Notes under the pieces: model-generated
What the model saw: only the letters and a program-made list of their open reading frames with translations
The model's database searches: none
Told to the model about the DNA's origin: nothing
Position numbers and translations under genes: made by a program
Part shown: positions 1-9,446 of the stretch, piece by piece
Position numbering within the stretch: the first letter of the stretch is position 1
Layout of the letters: each line of letters begins with the position of its first letter
Origin: Mesotaenium endlicherianum
Lineage: Eukaryota
Reading direction: 5' to 3'
Length of the DNA: 53,345 nucleotides
Assembly (NCBI GenBank): GCA_009602735.1
Contig: WELA01003458.1
Location: 1 to 53,345 of the forward strand

Positions 1-40
1 GAGCAAAACTTTTTAGGGTTTGTTCAACTGGCTTGCATCG

Positions 41-139
41 TTATCCTTTTAAGAAATTACTTTTGAGATAAGCTCTAGTTAGCAAAAAGCTTATCCACAG
101 ATTGGTATCGAGAATAATTTTATCTCTTTTGCTTGGCAT
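41..139 (-). pseudogene. Truncated PIN-domain toxin (N-terminal fragment, 32 aa)
   Basis: Manual translation gives MPSKRDKIILDTNLWISFLLTRAYLKSNFLKG*. IILDTNLWIS is the typical PIN N-terminal motif. It overlaps the end of the upstream 74-aa gene and stops far short of a full PIN domain. Confidence 0.75.
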
Positions 140-344
140 ATTGCTTGGCTCTAACCGATTCTACTTCTTTCGTAATATCTTCCAGTGATGGAACGGTTTT
201 ATGTGCTTTTTTGCGTATCTTTTTTACAATAGCTAAAAAACCATCGTCTGACATTTCCTTGATCGAAATCAATTTCATATCAGCAAGATCTTGTAAAAGT
301 TTGCCTGCTTTCGGGTTCAATATGTCCACTTGCACTGTGCTCAT
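120..344 (-). CDS. Small hypothetical protein, probable antitoxin of the PIN toxin
   Basis: 74-aa ORF directly upstream of and overlapping the PIN fragment, the usual type II TA layout. C-terminus reads PSLEDITKEVESVR. Confidence 0.65.
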   Translation of the reverse strand: MSTVQVDILNPKAGKLLQDLADMKLISIKEMSDDGFLAIVKKIRKKAHKTVPSLEDITKEVESVRAKQYAKQKR

Positions 345-381
345 AATTCAAATTTAATGTATTTTATCCTTTCATCTTCCA

Positions 382-1065
382 CTATTGTCTGCAAAATTTG
401 GTGAAATCAATACTTCTTCTGCGACTGAACCCCAAGTATTGATACAACCGGATGGCCCTTTCATTGCTTTGGGCTACATGCAAGAATGGAACGATGCCTT
501 GTTCCAGGTTTTTATTAGATACAAATGCTACCAGTTGTTTTGCAAAACCACGGCCGGCAAAATCAGGATGTGTAACAACAGCACTGATTTCTGTAAATCC
601 ATCCATTCGCATCCGTTCACCGGTAACTGCAACCAGGCGGCCTTCAAACCGGATACCGAAATAATCTCCCATCAGACGGGTGTTATGTTTATAGTAACCT
701 GGTTGCACTAAGTTGATCAGTTCGTACACCTCATCTTCATTGGCTTCGCCTAAAGGTATTATGGTTTCAGTAATAGGTGCAGGGATATGGGCACTACAAA
801 CCATTTGTTCGCACGCCAATCTTGTCAGTAATGAGTAATGCGCAGGTAGCTGTGGCAGATCACCGATGATGAAAAAGGGTTCATGCTGTTGAATCAGTTG
901 ATCAAACTGATCTTGCACACTTTCATTTCCAGTCTGATACGCTGTAAAGGCAACCACATCTGGCCGGTATCTTTTCACGACTGTATTGCCTATCGCAAAT
1001 GCTGCATGCGTTTCTGTAAGCGCATACCAGGCAGGGTTATCTAGCTTATGGTATTCCTTGCTCAT
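382..1065 (-). CDS. GNAT family N-acetyltransferase (FR47-like)
   Basis: EISAVVTHPDFAGRGFA acetyl-CoA motif and PFLHV..N.RAIRLY..LGF. Confidence 0.9.
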   Translation of the reverse strand: MSKEYHKLDNPAWYALTETHAAFAIGNTVVKRYRPDVVAFTAYQTGNESVQDQFDQLIQQHEPFFIIGDLPQLPAHYSLLTRLACEQMVCSAHIPAPITETIIPLGEANEDEVYELINLVQPGYYKHNTRLMGDYFGIRFEGRLVAVTGERMRMDGFTEISAVVTHPDFAGRGFAKQLVAFVSNKNLEQGIVPFLHVAQSNERAIRLYQYLGFSRRRSIDFTKFCRQ

Positions 1066-1130
1066 CTATTCAGATAACAAGTTAGCACATTTTCAAAATT
1101 GCATGAATCCCTTATTAACTTTACCATTGT

Positions 1131-1574
1131 ATGTCCGGCGTTTATCATTGGTTCACCAGGTTATCGGTCAGGCACAAAACTTTACTGTTACTGGCTATAG
1201 GCTTGCTGTTGGCCGGATTGATCAATTATTATCTTTTTCAACCACGAATACTGATCCTCGAACCATTCCATCCTGTTCGAAGGTCATTGAATGATCATTC
1301 TTTTTTACAGCTGTTTTTAATTGGCTACTTTTCCGATGCTGCATGGTGCAGCGCGCTGATGCTGGTAACCGTTGTACTTTCCGAACACAGGGTATTGTAT
1401 TTCAGGAATAAATTGCTTATCTTCCTATTGCCATTCGCCATAGAAGCAGCACAGGGGTTCGGATTGCTCAAAGGAACATTTGACTGGTACGACCTCCTCA
1501 CTTACGGATCAGTGGAATGCGCATCCATTATCCTTTTCCCAAGTCTAATATTCCCCCTGTATGAAAAGAAATAA
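1131..1574 (+). CDS. Hypothetical membrane protein
   Basis: Several hydrophobic segments and an E..Q..G...GTFDWYDL motif reminiscent of VanZ/DUF2809-like proteins; overlaps the next gene. Confidence 0.65.
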   Translation: MSGVYHWFTRLSVRHKTLLLLAIGLLLAGLINYYLFQPRILILEPFHPVRRSLNDHSFLQLFLIGYFSDAAWCSALMLVTVVLSEHRVLYFRNKLLIFLLPFAIEAAQGFGLLKGTFDWYDLLTYGSVECASIILFPSLIFPLYEKK

Positions 1575-2058
1575 AGCAGACCTGCTGTCGTTTACCATTG
1601 TATTGACTTTTCTGTTGATGGCGGTTGCCAGCGCGCCTCCTCGCCAAACTTATCATTCCAAACCCCAGCCTTGCACCAAACACCAACCCATCAATTATAG
1701 CCCCGTGTTGGTGAAAGTCAACATCACTGGCAGTTATAACATGAAGGATATAACAGAGGTACAACGCATACGACCCACCCTCGTACTGGACGATCTCAAC
1801 ATTGCAAATTATTCCAAGTACAAACTGGCCGATGGCGTTACACCCAACCTCAACCTGTACATTACGCTCAACAATGATAACTACGGGCACTATGGCGCTT
1901 CCGTAACCGCTTATGTGTATGATGGTGATTTTAACTTTACCATCAATACCGATTATGTGACCCTGGAAAAACTCTATTCCGATATTGCCTATAAGATCAA
2001 TGGCTATGTCACCGGGGGATGGTGTAAGAATTGCCCTAGCCCTTGTGTAGTTAACTGA
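1561..2058 (+). CDS. Hypothetical secreted protein
   Basis: Signal-peptide-like N-terminus; Cys-rich C-terminus WCKNCPSPC. Confidence 0.7.
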   Translation: MKRNKADLLSFTIVLTFLLMAVASAPPRQTYHSKPQPCTKHQPINYSPVLVKVNITGSYNMKDITEVQRIRPTLVLDDLNIANYSKYKLADGVTPNLNLYITLNNDNYGHYGASVTAYVYDGDFNFTINTDYVTLEKLYSDIAYKINGYVTGGWCKNCPSPCVVN

Positions 2059-2153
2059 TCATCAGAGCCTTGAATAACCCATCAAAATAATGCTACCGTC
2101 ATCACCTGGGCTTCATGAATAAAATCAGTATATTCATTTCATAAACCATCGCT

Positions 2154-2528
2154 ATGAAAAAAGTAAAAATCGCTTACTGGATCGTAACCGGAATCCTGTG
2201 CCTGATGATGACTTTCAGCGGCATAGTGAATGCCATGAGTACACCTGAATCAATTACATTATTCAAACACCTCGGCTATCCCAACTACCTCATTCCCTTC
2301 CTGGGTATTGCCAAATTGCTGGCAGTAGTTGCCATCTTGTTTCCAGGGTTTCCGCGACTCAAAGAGTGGGCCTATGCCGGTTTGATCATTGACCTTACCG
2401 GAGCGCTTTACTCATCGATTTCCGTAGGTGATCCCGCATCGCAATGGAGCTTCATATTGATTGGACACCTGCTGGTATTCGCGTCTTATATTTTATATCA
2501 CAAGAAGAAAGCGGTACCTGCCAGTTAA
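2154..2528 (+). CDS. DoxX-like family membrane protein
   Basis: HLGYP.Y...LG.AK and RLKEWAYAG motifs. Confidence 0.9.
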   Translation: MKKVKIAYWIVTGILCLMMTFSGIVNAMSTPESITLFKHLGYPNYLIPFLGIAKLLAVVAILFPGFPRLKEWAYAGLIIDLTGALYSSISVGDPASQWSFILIGHLLVFASYILYHKKKAVPAS

Positions 2529-3505
2529 ACGGCGATCATTTCTTTATTGTACCGGTTGCGATAAGCCACCGGCGAAAGACCTGTTACCTTACGGAAAATG
2601 GTTCTGAAGGCTTTGGTATCGGAATAGCCTACTTCATACATGACTTCGTTGATGTTTTTGCGGCTGAGTTCAAAATCTTTCTTGGCTGCTTCTACTTTCA
2701 CACGCTGGATGTATTCGGCAACCGTATTGCAGGTGGCTTTCTTGAAGCGTCGTTCAAAACTGCGGCGGCCTAATGAGAGCATAACAGCTAATTGGTCTAC
2801 CGTTATTTTTTCCTGGAAATTGGCTTCGATGAATTCCTGCGCTTTTTTGATGGGCTCGTCTTCGTGTTCCTTCTGACCTCTGAACACTGTAAAAGGCGAT
2901 TGTGTATTCTGGTATATCTCTATGAGGAAATATTTGGAAGCCATCACCGCCATCTGCCTGCTGGCATATTTTTCTGTCAGATAGATCAACAGGTTCCAGT
3001 AAGATTTGGCGCCGCCGCTGGAGTAGATGCCATTTTCGTCGGTCACAATTTTATCATCCACCAGGTTCACCTGTGGGAACATATTCCTGAACTCTCTGGC
3101 GTACATCCAATGCGTAGAGCATTTTTTACCCTCCAGCAAACCGGTGGCAGCCAGGAGAAAAGCGCCGATACAAAGGCTGGCTACTTCAGCGCCTGCGCGA
3201 TGTTGCTGCACAATCCAGGGTATGAAATCCTTGTTGATCTCAATGGCGTCTTTCATATCACCACTCAGCGCCGGGATAATGACAAGGTCTGTCTTTTTCA
3301 CTTCATCCAACAAGGCATCGGTGTTTACTGTAAAAGAACCATCGTGCAGGGGAACCTTGCGGTCAAGGCCCACCAATTGTATCTTGTACATGGGCGGTTG
3401 CCGGGCCGACAGGAGAAAATCATTCAAAGATTGAAACAGGTGCCTGGGGTCGTCGACACTGCCTAATACGGCTCCGCGAGGTACGATAATGGATATATGT
3501 TTCAT
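2525..3505 (-). CDS. GlxA-family AraC regulator with DJ-1/PfpI domain
   Basis: ASLCIGAFLLAATGLL..K.CSTHW in the N-domain; C-terminal AraC HTH (RSFERRFKKAT, EVGYSD...FR..F). Confidence 0.93.
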   Translation of the reverse strand: MKHISIIVPRGAVLGSVDDPRHLFQSLNDFLLSARQPPMYKIQLVGLDRKVPLHDGSFTVNTDALLDEVKKTDLVIIPALSGDMKDAIEINKDFIPWIVQQHRAGAEVASLCIGAFLLAATGLLEGKKCSTHWMYAREFRNMFPQVNLVDDKIVTDENGIYSSGGAKSYWNLLIYLTEKYASRQMAVMASKYFLIEIYQNTQSPFTVFRGQKEHEDEPIKKAQEFIEANFQEKITVDQLAVMLSLGRRSFERRFKKATCNTVAEYIQRVKVEAAKKDFELSRKNINEVMYEVGYSDTKAFRTIFRKVTGLSPVAYRNRYNKEMIAV

Positions 3506-3613
3506 CCGTTGTCTTTTATTTTATTTTGGTCGGATGGAACCTCGCAATGACATCCCGCTAAATGTAAGATAATGATCATGCTCGGTTTCATGTTATAAAG
3601 ATACAAAAATCGG

Positions 3614-3680
3614 TGTCGCAATCAACCCCATAGATTGCCGTATTACCACCACTTTTCTCTGGAAAAGCCTGTTAGCTTTG
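3614..3680 (+). promoter_or_regulatory. Promoter of the VOC gene with putative AraC-type direct repeats
   Basis: TAGCTTTG (-7 consensus TAnnTTTG) at 3673-3680; imperfect direct repeats tgtcgcaatcaaccc (3614) and tgccgtattaccacc (3636), 22 nt apart. Confidence 0.5.
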
Positions 3681-3715
3681 TGAAACTATCAATCCTTAAA
3701 ACAAAAATCATTGCC

Positions 3716-4156
3716 ATGCAACACATGAATCCTTACATCAACTTCAACGGCAATACCGAAGAAGCCTTCAATTTTTATAAATCTGTTTTCGGCGGTGAAT
3801 TCGCCTTCGTACAGCGTTTCAAAGACGTGAAAGACCAGCCCGGCTGCTCCAATGTTCCCGAGCAGGACATGAACAAGATCATGCACATTGCACTGCCCAT
3901 CGGTAAAAGCGGTATGCTCATGGCAACAGATGTACTTACTTCAATGGGCCAGCCGGAGGTTACAGGCAATAATATTTCTATTGCGTTGAGTCCGGATAGC
4001 AAAGCAGAAGCCGATAAGGTTTTCAGCGGCCTTTCTGCAGGCGGACAGGTAATTGTGCCGATGAGTGATATGTTCTGGGGCGCTTATTTTGGCATGTTTA
4101 TAGACAAGTTCGGTATCCAGTGGATGCTCAATTTCGATCATAAAGTCAATGGATAA
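3716..4156 (+). CDS. VOC/PhnB family protein
   Basis: NPYINFNGNTEEAFNFYKSVFGG and MFWGAYFGMFIDKFGIQW. Start moved to ATG 3716, downstream of the -7 box. Confidence 0.92.
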   Translation: MQHMNPYINFNGNTEEAFNFYKSVFGGEFAFVQRFKDVKDQPGCSNVPEQDMNKIMHIALPIGKSGMLMATDVLTSMGQPEVTGNNISIALSPDSKAEADKVFSGLSAGGQVIVPMSDMFWGAYFGMFIDKFGIQWMLNFDHKVNG

Positions 4157-4365
4157 TGGTGGAAGTTTTTAAAACGAATGTTGTGAAGCAGGAGCAGGCC
4201 CGTCAATTGCTGGGCCTGCTCCTGCAACGTTTTCCTTCAAGCAAGATCAATTTCGACCTGGAGGATTGCGATAAGATACTGCGCTTGGAAGGGCACGATT
4301 TCATCGTTGATGATGTGATGCGCCTGGTCAGGAGGGAAGGTTTTGCCTGCTCGGTGTTGGATTAA
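4156..4365 (+). CDS. Small hypothetical protein (HMA-like fold, FKTNV / DLEDCDKILR type)
   Basis: Start overlaps the VOC stop; motif pattern familiar from small Bacteroidota proteins. Confidence 0.75.
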   Translation: MVEVFKTNVVKQEQARQLLGLLLQRFPSSKINFDLEDCDKILRLEGHDFIVDDVMRLVRREGFACSVLD

Positions 4366-4918
4366 GCTCATCTGATACAATATTTACAGTACCGGCTTTC
4401 ATTTTACGGGCATAGGAGCGAATCTGTACTGCATATACCAACGCCTTCACCAACACCAGCACAGCACCGATGTAAACGATGAAGAAAGTGCCATCCTGCG
4501 AAGAAGGGGGCGTATAAGCTGCTCTCTTACGTCCGGGTTTGGCAAACGGCGCCTTGGCTTCTCCTTCCGACTTAGCGCTTTCCAATTTGATATAAGCAAC
4601 AACATGCTTGATGTCTTCTTCACTCAGATCGGGATGATCGGGCATGGTTACTTTATTGAACTTTTCAAATAAGGCCGTTGCGTCCTTATCGCCTTTACGG
4701 ATCATCCCCTGTGAAGAGTGTACGAAGCCAATGATCCACTCGATCGGGTGGCGCTGATCTACTCCTCCGAGAGAAGGGCCAACCACTACCTTATTCACTG
4801 CATGGCAGGCGCCACAGCGTGCATTGAAGATCGTTTTACCATGATCGGTATCACCGGCTTTTGCTTGTTGCAGCCATCCGGCAAGACAGAACCATAAGAA
4901 GAAAGTTAGTCTTTTCAC
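4328..4918 (-). CDS. Membrane-anchored class I cytochrome c
   Basis: Signal peptide, CGACH heme motif, distal Met in TMPDH, C-terminal TM helix; last gene of the oxidase operon. Confidence 0.9.
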   Translation of the reverse strand: MKRLTFFLWFCLAGWLQQAKAGDTDHGKTIFNARCGACHAVNKVVVGPSLGGVDQRHPIEWIIGFVHSSQGMIRKGDKDATALFEKFNKVTMPDHPDLSEEDIKHVVAYIKLESAKSEGEAKAPFAKPGRKRAAYTPPSSQDGTFFIVYIGAVLVLVKALVYAVQIRSYARKMKAGTVNIVSDELNPTPSRQNLPS

Positions 4919-4929
4919 TTTTAGAACTT

Positions 4930-5571
4930 TTAATCTTGAACATTCAATTTTCTTATATCCGCAATCAGCTGTTGTACTTCTGCATCATCTGTTCCGGTAT
5001 AATATCCCCGGATTCTTTTCTGCTGATCAATGAGTACCAGCTTTTCCGTATGAATAAAATCTGTTGGCCCGCCATCGCCATCTGTTGCCACCACCATGAA
5101 ACTGTTACGGGCCAGTTTATAGATATCTTTTTTACGCCCTGTTAGCAATTGCCAGTTACGGGTATCCAGACCGAAGCGGACAGCGTACTGTTTCAACGCT
5201 GTCGCGCTGTCGCGTTCCGGATCAACTGTAAAAGAGCAAAACAATAACCGGTTACTGGAGCGATAGTGTTCCTGTATTTTTTTCAAACTGGCGGTAAGTT
5301 TGGGGCAAATAGCCGGACAATGCGTGAAGAAAAAATCCACTACCACTACTTTGTCTTTCCACTCACCGGCCGACACCATATCCCCTTCCTGGTTCACCAG
5401 CCTGAAGTCTGCAATGGTATGCTGCCATTGCCTGCCTGCGCTGTCTGTTGCCGGTCCCAGTACCGGCAAAGTCTGAACCCTGCTCTCATACCAATCCATT
5501 CCCACCCAGGCGATTGCCGGTATTACAAAGACCAATATCACAAAAAACCATATCGTCTTTTTAGTTCTCAT
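4930..5571 (-). CDS. SCO family copper chaperone
   Basis: DFFFTHCPAICP (CxxxC), TVDPERD, conserved His in FIHTE; N-terminal TM anchor. Confidence 0.95.
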   Translation of the reverse strand: MRTKKTIWFFVILVFVIPAIAWVGMDWYESRVQTLPVLGPATDSAGRQWQHTIADFRLVNQEGDMVSAGEWKDKVVVVDFFFTHCPAICPKLTASLKKIQEHYRSSNRLLFCSFTVDPERDSATALKQYAVRFGLDTRNWQLLTGRKKDIYKLARNSFMVVATDGDGGPTDFIHTEKLVLIDQQKRIRGYYTGTDDAEVQQLIADIRKLNVQD

Positions 5572-7250
5572 TTGTTGTCACTTGCAAGCGGTGTGGGGTT
5601 ATCGATATTGAATCGGGGAGCGCCCGGTCCGCTGTTCTTATTAACATTGATCAAAGCAGGCGTATAAGCCAGTACCAATATGATGATCATGGCAATGATC
5701 CAGGGTTTGAACTGGTCGAACAAAGGCACTCTTTTTTCATCGTGATAAGCTTCGCTTACCGGAATTTCCAGCGAGCCTGCTGCTTTTCTCTTCCGCAGAA
5801 TGGTTCCGAAGAAAGCTATAATAAACAACATGCCGGCAGTGAACATTACAATGCCCCCCATCATGGCCAGTGTGGTCGTAGGAACCCAGTCGCTGCGGAA
5901 TAATTCGCTCTTAGGGTTGAGATAACTGATGCCCAGGTTGGTCCTTCTTGGTTCTCCGCGCAACCCTCCCCAGCTCATACCGAAAGAAAAGACCAGCATA
6001 CCCATCATCCACAAATAGGGAACGATGGTAACGATCTTACGCATGAATACCGGTTTTCCACTCATACCTGAATAGAGATACAGGCTCATACCCACAATAG
6101 CAAGGAATACCGGTCCGGCTACCGTCATGTGAAAATGCCCGGGTAACCATGCTGTATTGTGCACTACTGTATTCAGGGAATAAGAAGCATTGATGATACC
6201 GGTAACGCCACCGAAAATAAAAAGGATGAGTCCGCATATAAAATAAGAGAACAGGAAATTGTTTTCATCGAACCAGGGTAGTTTTTTCATCCATCCGAAC
6301 AATCCTTTCGCGCCTCTTTGTCTTCCTGCATATTCCAGTGATGCTGCTAATGTAAACGCAGTGATGAAACTGGGAATAGTTACGCCATAGGTAAGCATTC
6401 CCTGGAAAAATTTAACTCCTTGTGTAATGGAAGGATCGCTGTATTGATGGTGCACACCTACGGGAACAGAGAAGAGCAGGAACAGGAACAGCGCCATTCT
6501 GCCGGCCAGATCAGAGTAGAGCTTTCCGCCCGCCACTTTAGGCAAAATGGTATAGAACATGATATAAGCCGGTAACAACCAGAAATACACCAGTGCGTGG
6601 CCAAAGAACCAGAACAGGGTCCTGGCGAGGGCCACATTTACAGTGGTTGTCCAGCCCAGCGACCAGGGTACCAGTAATACCAATACCTCATATGCCACTG
6701 CCAGGGTGCACACAAACCAAATGGTGAAATTTATCAATGTACCGATAACAGCCAACGGCGTCTTGGTTTCGGCATGAACTTTCTTCCATTGCGTGTACAT
6801 CACGGCCCAGTTAAAAAAAGGCACCCAGGATCCTACGATGAGCAATGCCGTTCCGATATAAAACAAAGGATGCGCTTTCAATGGCGGGTAAAAAGTATAC
6901 AATACCGATGCTTTTCCTGCCAGCATGGCCCAGGATGCCATCAACGTTCCGCCCAGCATCAGTGCAAAGCTGAACCACATTAATTTTTTATTAGGCTCCT
7001 GTTTGAGGTAATAGGTCATGGTGGCGTGACCGAACGCTACTGCAAAAAAAGTTGTAAGCACAATGGCGTTGATCACACCATGCAGGGTCAGGCCCTGGTA
7101 ATAACCCAGTTTGGCAAAAGAAGTGTCCTGTAACACACCGGCACGGTAAATGGTTTGCATCAGTCCGTGGTAGATACCAATGATCAGCAGCGCAACGGGG
7201 ATGGACAATTCCAGGAAAATGATTCGTTTAAAAGTCTTTGATACTTGCAT
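5568..7250 (-). CDS. cbaA: B-family (ba3-type) heme-copper oxygen reductase subunit I
   Basis: YYQGLTLHG, FWFFGHALVYFWLLPAY (His-Tyr crosslink), GVHHQY, VHNTAWLPGHFH, PRRT. Start set at ATG 7250. Confidence 0.93.
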   Translation of the reverse strand: MQVSKTFKRIIFLELSIPVALLIIGIYHGLMQTIYRAGVLQDTSFAKLGYYQGLTLHGVINAIVLTTFFAVAFGHATMTYYLKQEPNKKLMWFSFALMLGGTLMASWAMLAGKASVLYTFYPPLKAHPLFYIGTALLIVGSWVPFFNWAVMYTQWKKVHAETKTPLAVIGTLINFTIWFVCTLAVAYEVLVLLVPWSLGWTTTVNVALARTLFWFFGHALVYFWLLPAYIMFYTILPKVAGGKLYSDLAGRMALFLFLLFSVPVGVHHQYSDPSITQGVKFFQGMLTYGVTIPSFITAFTLAASLEYAGRQRGAKGLFGWMKKLPWFDENNFLFSYFICGLILFIFGGVTGIINASYSLNTVVHNTAWLPGHFHMTVAGPVFLAIVGMSLYLYSGMSGKPVFMRKIVTIVPYLWMMGMLVFSFGMSWGGLRGEPRRTNLGISYLNPKSELFRSDWVPTTTLAMMGGIVMFTAGMLFIIAFFGTILRKRKAAGSLEIPVSEAYHDEKRVPLFDQFKPWIIAMIIILVLAYTPALINVNKNSGPGAPRFNIDNPTPLASDNK

Positions 7251-7260
7251 GACGTTGGTT

Positions 7261-7719
7261 TTACTTAGCATCGGGATAATTCACGTATACCTGTGCGTGC
7301 ATGTTCTGGTGTCCTACGCCACAATATTCATGGCATACGATATCATACACACCGGGTTTATCAAATTTGACAGTTGTTTTGTTGATGGATCCGTATACTG
7401 CCATCATGTTCACATTCTTCTGTGCAATATTGAATCCATGCACTACGTCTTTGGACGTTACATAAAAATCCACTTCACTGCCCACAGGAATGTATATCTC
7501 AGCCGGCTGGAACTGCCACATGGAAGCCACGCTGAAAACCTGGTAGGTCTTATCGTCCAGCTTATTCACTTTGGGTTCTGCATATGCTTTATCATAAGGC
7601 AGGCATTCGGGTACATTACTCTTATATTTTTTCATAGCATAGAGCAATGAAAAAACAAAGAGGCCCATGACTGCCATGGAAGAGAAGATGATACGCTTTT
7701 CTATTTTGTCTATGGCCAT
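7261..7719 (-). CDS. cbaB: ba3-type oxidase subunit II (CuA)
   Basis: DVVHGF and CHEYCGVGHQNM CuA motif; single N-terminal TM helix. Confidence 0.93.
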   Translation of the reverse strand: MAIDKIEKRIIFSSMAVMGLFVFSLLYAMKKYKSNVPECLPYDKAYAEPKVNKLDDKTYQVFSVASMWQFQPAEIYIPVGSEVDFYVTSKDVVHGFNIAQKNVNMMAVYGSINKTTVKFDKPGVYDIVCHEYCGVGHQNMHAQVYVNYPDAK

Positions 7720-7730
7720 GGCTATTGATT

Positions 7731-7853
7731 TTAGGTTCTGTTAATCATTAAAAAATAAATACTGTACCAGAAGATCAGAGCCAGCACTACGAGCGCAATG
7801 AAAAATGCGATGGCGCCGGAAGGGAAGAAGGGTTTTTCGTTCGATGCATCCAT
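7731..7853 (-). CDS. cbaD: ba3-type oxidase subunit IIa (40 aa, absent from the ORF track)
   Basis: Manual translation gives MDASNEKPFFPSGAIAFFIALVVLALIFWYSIYFLMINRT*. Single TM helix with the P.GA...FW...Y....R pattern of subunit IIa, directly upstream of subunit II. Confidence 0.88.
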   Translation of the reverse strand: MDASNEKPFFPSGAIAFFIALVVLALIFWYSIYFLMINRT

Positions 7854-7882
7854 AAATTGAAGTATTGCTGAAAATGATTGCA

Positions 7883-7949
7883 CAAAACTATTCAGACCCC
7901 GCTGCGTTAAGCATGACCTGGGGGATTTAGAACACCTGATTTTAATCAG
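7883..7949 (-). promoter_or_regulatory. cba operon promoter with Crp/Fnr-type sites
   Basis: TAGTTTTG (-) at 7890-7883; half-site GTCAT ending at 7913; perfect palindrome CTGAT-ttta-ATCAG at 7936-7949. Confidence 0.7.
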
Positions 7950-7983
7950 TTGGCATCTTGAGGTGGGTCAGTTTTATCCCGGG

Positions 7984-8049
7984 CTGATGAATATCTGTTG
8001 CATTACTAACATCCGTCACCTGCTGCACAAAAAGTCAATGTTAGTTTTG
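7984..8049 (+). promoter_or_regulatory. hemN promoter with Crp/Fnr-type sites
   Basis: CTGAT-gaat-ATCTG 7984-7997, CTAAC-atcc-GTCAC 8006-8019, TAGTTTTG 8042-8049. Confidence 0.65.
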
Positions 8050-8052
8050 GGC

Positions 8053-9432
8053 ATGATGAATGAAATAACCATACCTCCTTTGTTGATCAAGAAATACAAC
8101 CAGCCTGTTCCGCGTTACACCAGTTATCCAACCGTTCCTTTCTGGCAGAATATTATTTCCCGGCCTCAATGGACCGACCGGTTCCAGCAAGAGTTCTCAC
8201 TCGAAAATGTGCGCAATGGAATCAGCATATACATACACCTTCCTTTCTGCGAATCACTGTGTACTTATTGTGGTTGCAATAAAAAAATAACTTCCAATCA
8301 TGCGGTGGAAGAGCCCTATTTGCAGACCATAGAAAAAGAATGGAAACTGTACAGGGGGCTGATGCAGCAAACACCGGTGATCAGGGAACTACACCTGGGC
8401 GGCGGCACGCCCACTTTCTTTTCTCCGCTGAACCTGCGCCGGCTAATTAACACTATACTAAAGAACAGCATCGTACACCCCATGCATGAATTCAGCATTG
8501 AAGGTCACCCGAATAATACCACACCGGAGCATTTGAAAGTACTCGCGTCTTTGGGATTCAAACGCATCAGCTATGGCGTGCAGGACATGGACCCGGAAGT
8601 GCAACGCGTTATCAATCGGATACAACCGTTTGCAAACGTGCAACATGCAACAGAGGAGGCGAGAAAAGCAGGTTTTAGTTCCGTGAATTTTGATCTCATT
8701 TATGGCTTGCCGCTGCAAACAGTGGCAGGACTGCGAAACACTTTCAACCAGGTACTGGCCCTGAAACCCGACAGGATCGCTTTCTATAGTTATGCGCATG
8801 TTCCCTGGACCAGTAAAATGCAGCGGCTATTCAACGAATCGCAACTGCCGGCTCCGGAAGAGAAAATGCAACTGTACCTGGAAGGCAGGTCTTTATTGAT
8901 AAATAATGGCTATCATGATATTGGCATGGACCATTTTGCATTGCCCAACGACTCCCTGTTCCTGGCCAAAGAAAAAGGCAAGCTGCACCGTAATTTTATG
9001 GGATATACTACGCAAAATAATGAGTTCCTGGTGGGACTCGGTGTATCCGCTATCAGCGATATCGGTAATGCCTTCGCCCAGAACGAAAAGAGCCTGCATG
9101 ATTATTATCATGCTATCAGCAATGGCATGCTGGCAGTAAAAAAGGGGTATTTCCTCAATAAAGAAGACCTTCATTTCAGGCGTTATATCAAAGAGATTAC
9201 CTGTAACGGCTCCACATCATTCAATAAAGAAGATAGGGACCCCTTGGGGACTTATTCTTTTCCGGTACTGGCTCAATTGCAAAAAGACGGGCTGGTCGAT
9301 TATGATCTGAAAGGCGCTTCGCTTACAGCAATTGGTCATTATTTTATCCGCAATGTCTGTAGCGCTTTCGACCTGTACCTGCAAAGGAGCTCGGTGGCAG
9401 ATAGCAGAACATTATTCAGCAAAGCAATATAA
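8053..9432 (+). CDS. hemN: Oxygen-independent coproporphyrinogen III oxidase
   Basis: PRYTSYPT, YIHLPFCESLCTYCGC radical-SAM motif, HLGGGTPT, IGMDHFA, LHRNFMGYT. Start set at ATG 8053 (8056 also possible). Confidence 0.96.
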   Translation: MMNEITIPPLLIKKYNQPVPRYTSYPTVPFWQNIISRPQWTDRFQQEFSLENVRNGISIYIHLPFCESLCTYCGCNKKITSNHAVEEPYLQTIEKEWKLYRGLMQQTPVIRELHLGGGTPTFFSPLNLRRLINTILKNSIVHPMHEFSIEGHPNNTTPEHLKVLASLGFKRISYGVQDMDPEVQRVINRIQPFANVQHATEEARKAGFSSVNFDLIYGLPLQTVAGLRNTFNQVLALKPDRIAFYSYAHVPWTSKMQRLFNESQLPAPEEKMQLYLEGRSLLINNGYHDIGMDHFALPNDSLFLAKEKGKLHRNFMGYTTQNNEFLVGLGVSAISDIGNAFAQNEKSLHDYYHAISNGMLAVKKGYFLNKEDLHFRRYIKEITCNGSTSFNKEDRDPLGTYSFPVLAQLQKDGLVDYDLKGASLTAIGHYFIRNVCSAFDLYLQRSSVADSRTLFSKAI

Positions 9433-9446
9433 AAGCCATTTGTTGT

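Noticed and set aside
5568..7250. Subunit I as a B-family-derived NO reductase, given the nos context
   Set aside because: The crosslinking Tyr (GHALVY) and the proton-channel residues (PAYIMFY, PSFIT) are retained, which indicates an O2 reductase.
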